DNA of 64,000 nt from Truepera sp. Its GTDB lineage: Bacteria; Deinococcota; Deinococci; Deinococcales; Trueperaceae. The notes under the pieces are model-generated. The model was given only the letters and a program-made list of their open reading frames with translations. It was not told where the DNA came from and ran no database searches. Both the position numbers and the translations under genes were made by a program. Location: positions 224,001 through 288,000 of the forward strand of contig CBDCKW010000005.1 of the NCBI GenBank assembly GCA_965218435.1, given 5' to 3'. Position 1 is the stretch's first letter, and the number at the start of each line of letters is the position of its first letter. Shown here in pieces: positions 61,581 to 64,000 of this stretch.

Positions 61581-61815
61581 TGAAATGACAAATGTCCTGG
61601 AGGAGTTTTAGGCCGTTATGCTATGATTGAGCGCAAGGAACGCAGTGGTGGCGGGACGATGAGCAAATGATGTCCATCAAACTTAGGTGACTCAAGTATC
61701 TTGTTACCAAACTAATGTACGTAGTGCTGTTACCCAATCGCGATGACGCATATTTCACGCCTGCGGGCTGCTTAGCGTTAATGGCTGCAAATATTGTTTC
61801 GACGGCAGCCTCGAG

Positions 61816-63365
61816 CTGCTCCCGAGCAGGTAAAGATGTGGGTGCATTCGCCGCACGGTGACGGAGACGGGTACGCCCCACCGGTAACGCGTCACCGGCG
61901 TGCCGGGAACGAGCTTACAGGTGGCATTACCCTCGGGCGTCGAGGCGGTTGTCGCGTTGCCCTTTCCCCATGAAGTAGCTCGCCTAACGCTCGGCGGCCA
62001 ATTGCGGACGAGTCTGGCACTTACGCTCTATGAAGACGACAGCGACCTAGCTTATGCTGCTGAAACAGTTGAACGCGAAAAGGGGGCTGCTCCTGGTACG
62101 ACCGGAGGCACAGCTGCCGACGACCGTGCGCTGCACCTCGCAGTCGTCGCGCTCGCTTGGAACCACTACCGCTACTTTTTTCCTTACTTTGATCAGATCG
62201 ACACGGACTGGGACGCGTTACTTCCCGAGGCCATAACCCTTGCGGCACAAGACGATCCGGTCTCCTTTACGGCTACGTTCCGCTGGTTGAACGCCCAACT
62301 CCGTGACGCACACAGCTTTAGCTACCTCAAAGACGAACGGGCGCAACGCGACTTCCGTCCCCCATTCCGGTGGCGCACGGTCGGGGCCAGTTGACGGTCG
62401 TTCATACCGACGAGGTGGGTTCCTTGACGGTCGGCGACGTCGTGACCAAAGTTGGCGGTCTGCCAAGCGGGGAGGTGCTCGAGCGTGAAATCGCGCTGCT
62501 CTCACAAACGGGCGACTTGGCTCAGCGCTACGCCGAAAACATCGTCCTCTCCGGCGCTGAGAACAGCCCCCTCGAGCTCGAAGTCGCGTCTGCTAACGGC
62601 GAAGTTCGGCCTATAGCCGTGCGGCGGAGCGTGGACCGGCGGGGGCGTAAGGGCGTGCCGACGGACAACCGCCCCGCCTCGCCCGTCGCGCGGCTTGGAG
62701 ACGGCGTCGTCTACTTCGACTTCACCCGCTTGGACGACACCACCGATGTTTACACCGGGGAGGCGGCCATACACGATCTCGCGGCGCTCGTGACGCTGCT
62801 CGCGGGCGCGGAGGGCCTTGTCTTCGATATGCGGGGTTACCCCGGCTGGACCTTACCCATTGAACTGTTCGGTCATCTGACCGACAAACCGCTGCGGACC
62901 GCGCCCCTGTACATGCCCGTGGTAACCCGGCCAGATACCCCGGTGGCGCTTGTTGACGTGACCTATGAATGAGCGCAACCCCAAGCACCCCGCTTTACCG
63001 ATAAGGTAGTGTTCCTCATTGATAGTCTAGCTCTAAGCCGGGCCAAGCATATTCTTGCGATGGTCGAGGGCTACGGGCTCGGCGAACTGCTAGGTACGAC
63101 GACAGCAGGTGCGAACGGCACTTACGCGGGCGTCACCTTTTACGGCCGTTACGCCTCGAGTTGGACGAGTCTTCAGGCGAACCGCTTTGGTGACAAGCAG
63201 CTTTTCGCTAAAGGCATTCCGCCGACGATCCCAGTCGAGCGTACCTTAGCAGGTGTCCGCGTAGGGCGTGACGAACAGCTCGAGCGGGCTTTTAATCACC
63301 TTTCGGGCAGGCCCGCCGCCGCTATGCGGGTTGAGGTTCTAGACTTGCCGGGGGCACCGGTTTGA
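61816..63365 (+). pseudogene. S41 family peptidase, truncated, with frameshifts and a stop
   Basis: WNHYRYFFPYF, LRDAH, PDZ-like segment, VFDMRGYP, TTAGANG, GIPPTIPV, DEQLERA. Confidence 0.8.
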
Positions 63366-63372
63366 CTACAGC

Positions 63373-63405
63373 CGACCCCTCTGTCAAAAGACGGGTCGCT
63401 TTTCT
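63373..63405 (+). terminator. Probable intrinsic terminator
   Basis: CGACCC...GGGTCG stem followed by CTTTT. Confidence 0.45.
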
Positions 63406-63817
63406 GTCTTTCAAACGCGCAACCAAAGTGTGTCCCTTTTCGGTGCGCCTAGGGTATCAAGTAACGATTGCTCGCTAACGACTTTACCTCTTTATAACTG
63501 GTGTTGTGTAAGGGTTTAGCAAATACCGAAAAGAACCAGACAGCCGAGCTCGTCTATCTCCACCTCAAGTTCTGTAGTGAAGCCCAAGTGTTGGTCAGGC
63601 AGCTCGAGGTACTCTTAGCATCCCGCACCGGAACGCTACCGAGGCGTTGCAAAGGCTTGTCGAGTTAGGCCTGCTCGAAGTGCTCAAGCCTGCGGCGAAC
63701 CGGGCAGGACGGTATCGGGTCAAGCAAGCTTAATAGAGAAGCTAAAGAATTCTACTCTAAATACTTGACTTGTCCCCTTCAATTGACCGACCCCCCAGAA
63801 ACGCCTATCCTTAAAGT

Positions 63818-64000
63818 ATGACGCTACGCGAAGAGATACAAGCGCGGATAGCCAAACTCGACGACGCTGTGCTGCCTAATGTTCTGCTGGACTTAGAGGC
63901 TATCGAAGCGCGGCAAAACCGTAAGTTCTCGCAGGCGTTCAGCGACCTGATGAACCGCGAGCCGCAAGCCGATGACCTAAGCGGTGACGAAGCGATGGCG
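63818..64000 (+). CDS. Hypothetical protein (partial)
   Basis: TTGACC-17-TATCCT promoter with ATG 6 nt downstream; frame MTLREEIQARIAKLDD... open to the window end. Confidence 0.6.
   Translation, partial: MTLREEIQARIAKLDDAVLPNVLLDLEAIEARQNRKFSQAFSDLMNREPQADDLSGDEAMA

Noticed and set aside
1..64000. CRISPR array, tRNA or rRNA genes
   Set aside because: No regularly spaced repeats or recognisable RNA gene sequences seen

Overview
Accessory region of a bacterial replicon of moderately high GC. A Deinococcota host (Trueperaceae-like) is inferred from leaderless TANNNT-N6-ATG promoters, Deinococcus-type IS6/IS630/IS982 elements and strong CTCGAG over-representation. 1-10.6 kb: a sugar ABC/PhyH dioxygenase/AraC/dehydrogenase/Gfo-Idh-MocA/ThuA catabolic cluster, split by an IS982 that itself carries an ISAs1 and an IS3. 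10.6-25 kb: decayed IS630, IS1 and IS6 elements, a GC-rich FAD monooxygenase-LysR pair, an HxlR-DoxX-LLM unit and fused pseudogenes. 24.5-52 kb: about 40 co-oriented small genes and fragments of detox/ligand-binding type (three ArsR-SRPBCC pairs, six of the window's seven RibD-C copies, many alpha/beta hydrolases). No intact integrase or attC sites are visible. 52-64 kb: a qor-ArsR unit replacing the middle of an APH gene, a BaeSR-like two-component system with a divergent operon, a TetR-hydrolase pair and a broken S41 peptidase. The most unusual signals are tiny hairpin-rich insertions (21, 24, 75 and 108 nt, all multiples of 3) in four different transposase genes, a HIP-like CTCGAG palindrome that also sits at some gene-fusion junctions, two MITEs with shared ends but different interiors, and an orphan promoter-hairpin-terminator sRNA candidate. 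All family calls are by motif recognition and all counts are by eye; no database search was run.
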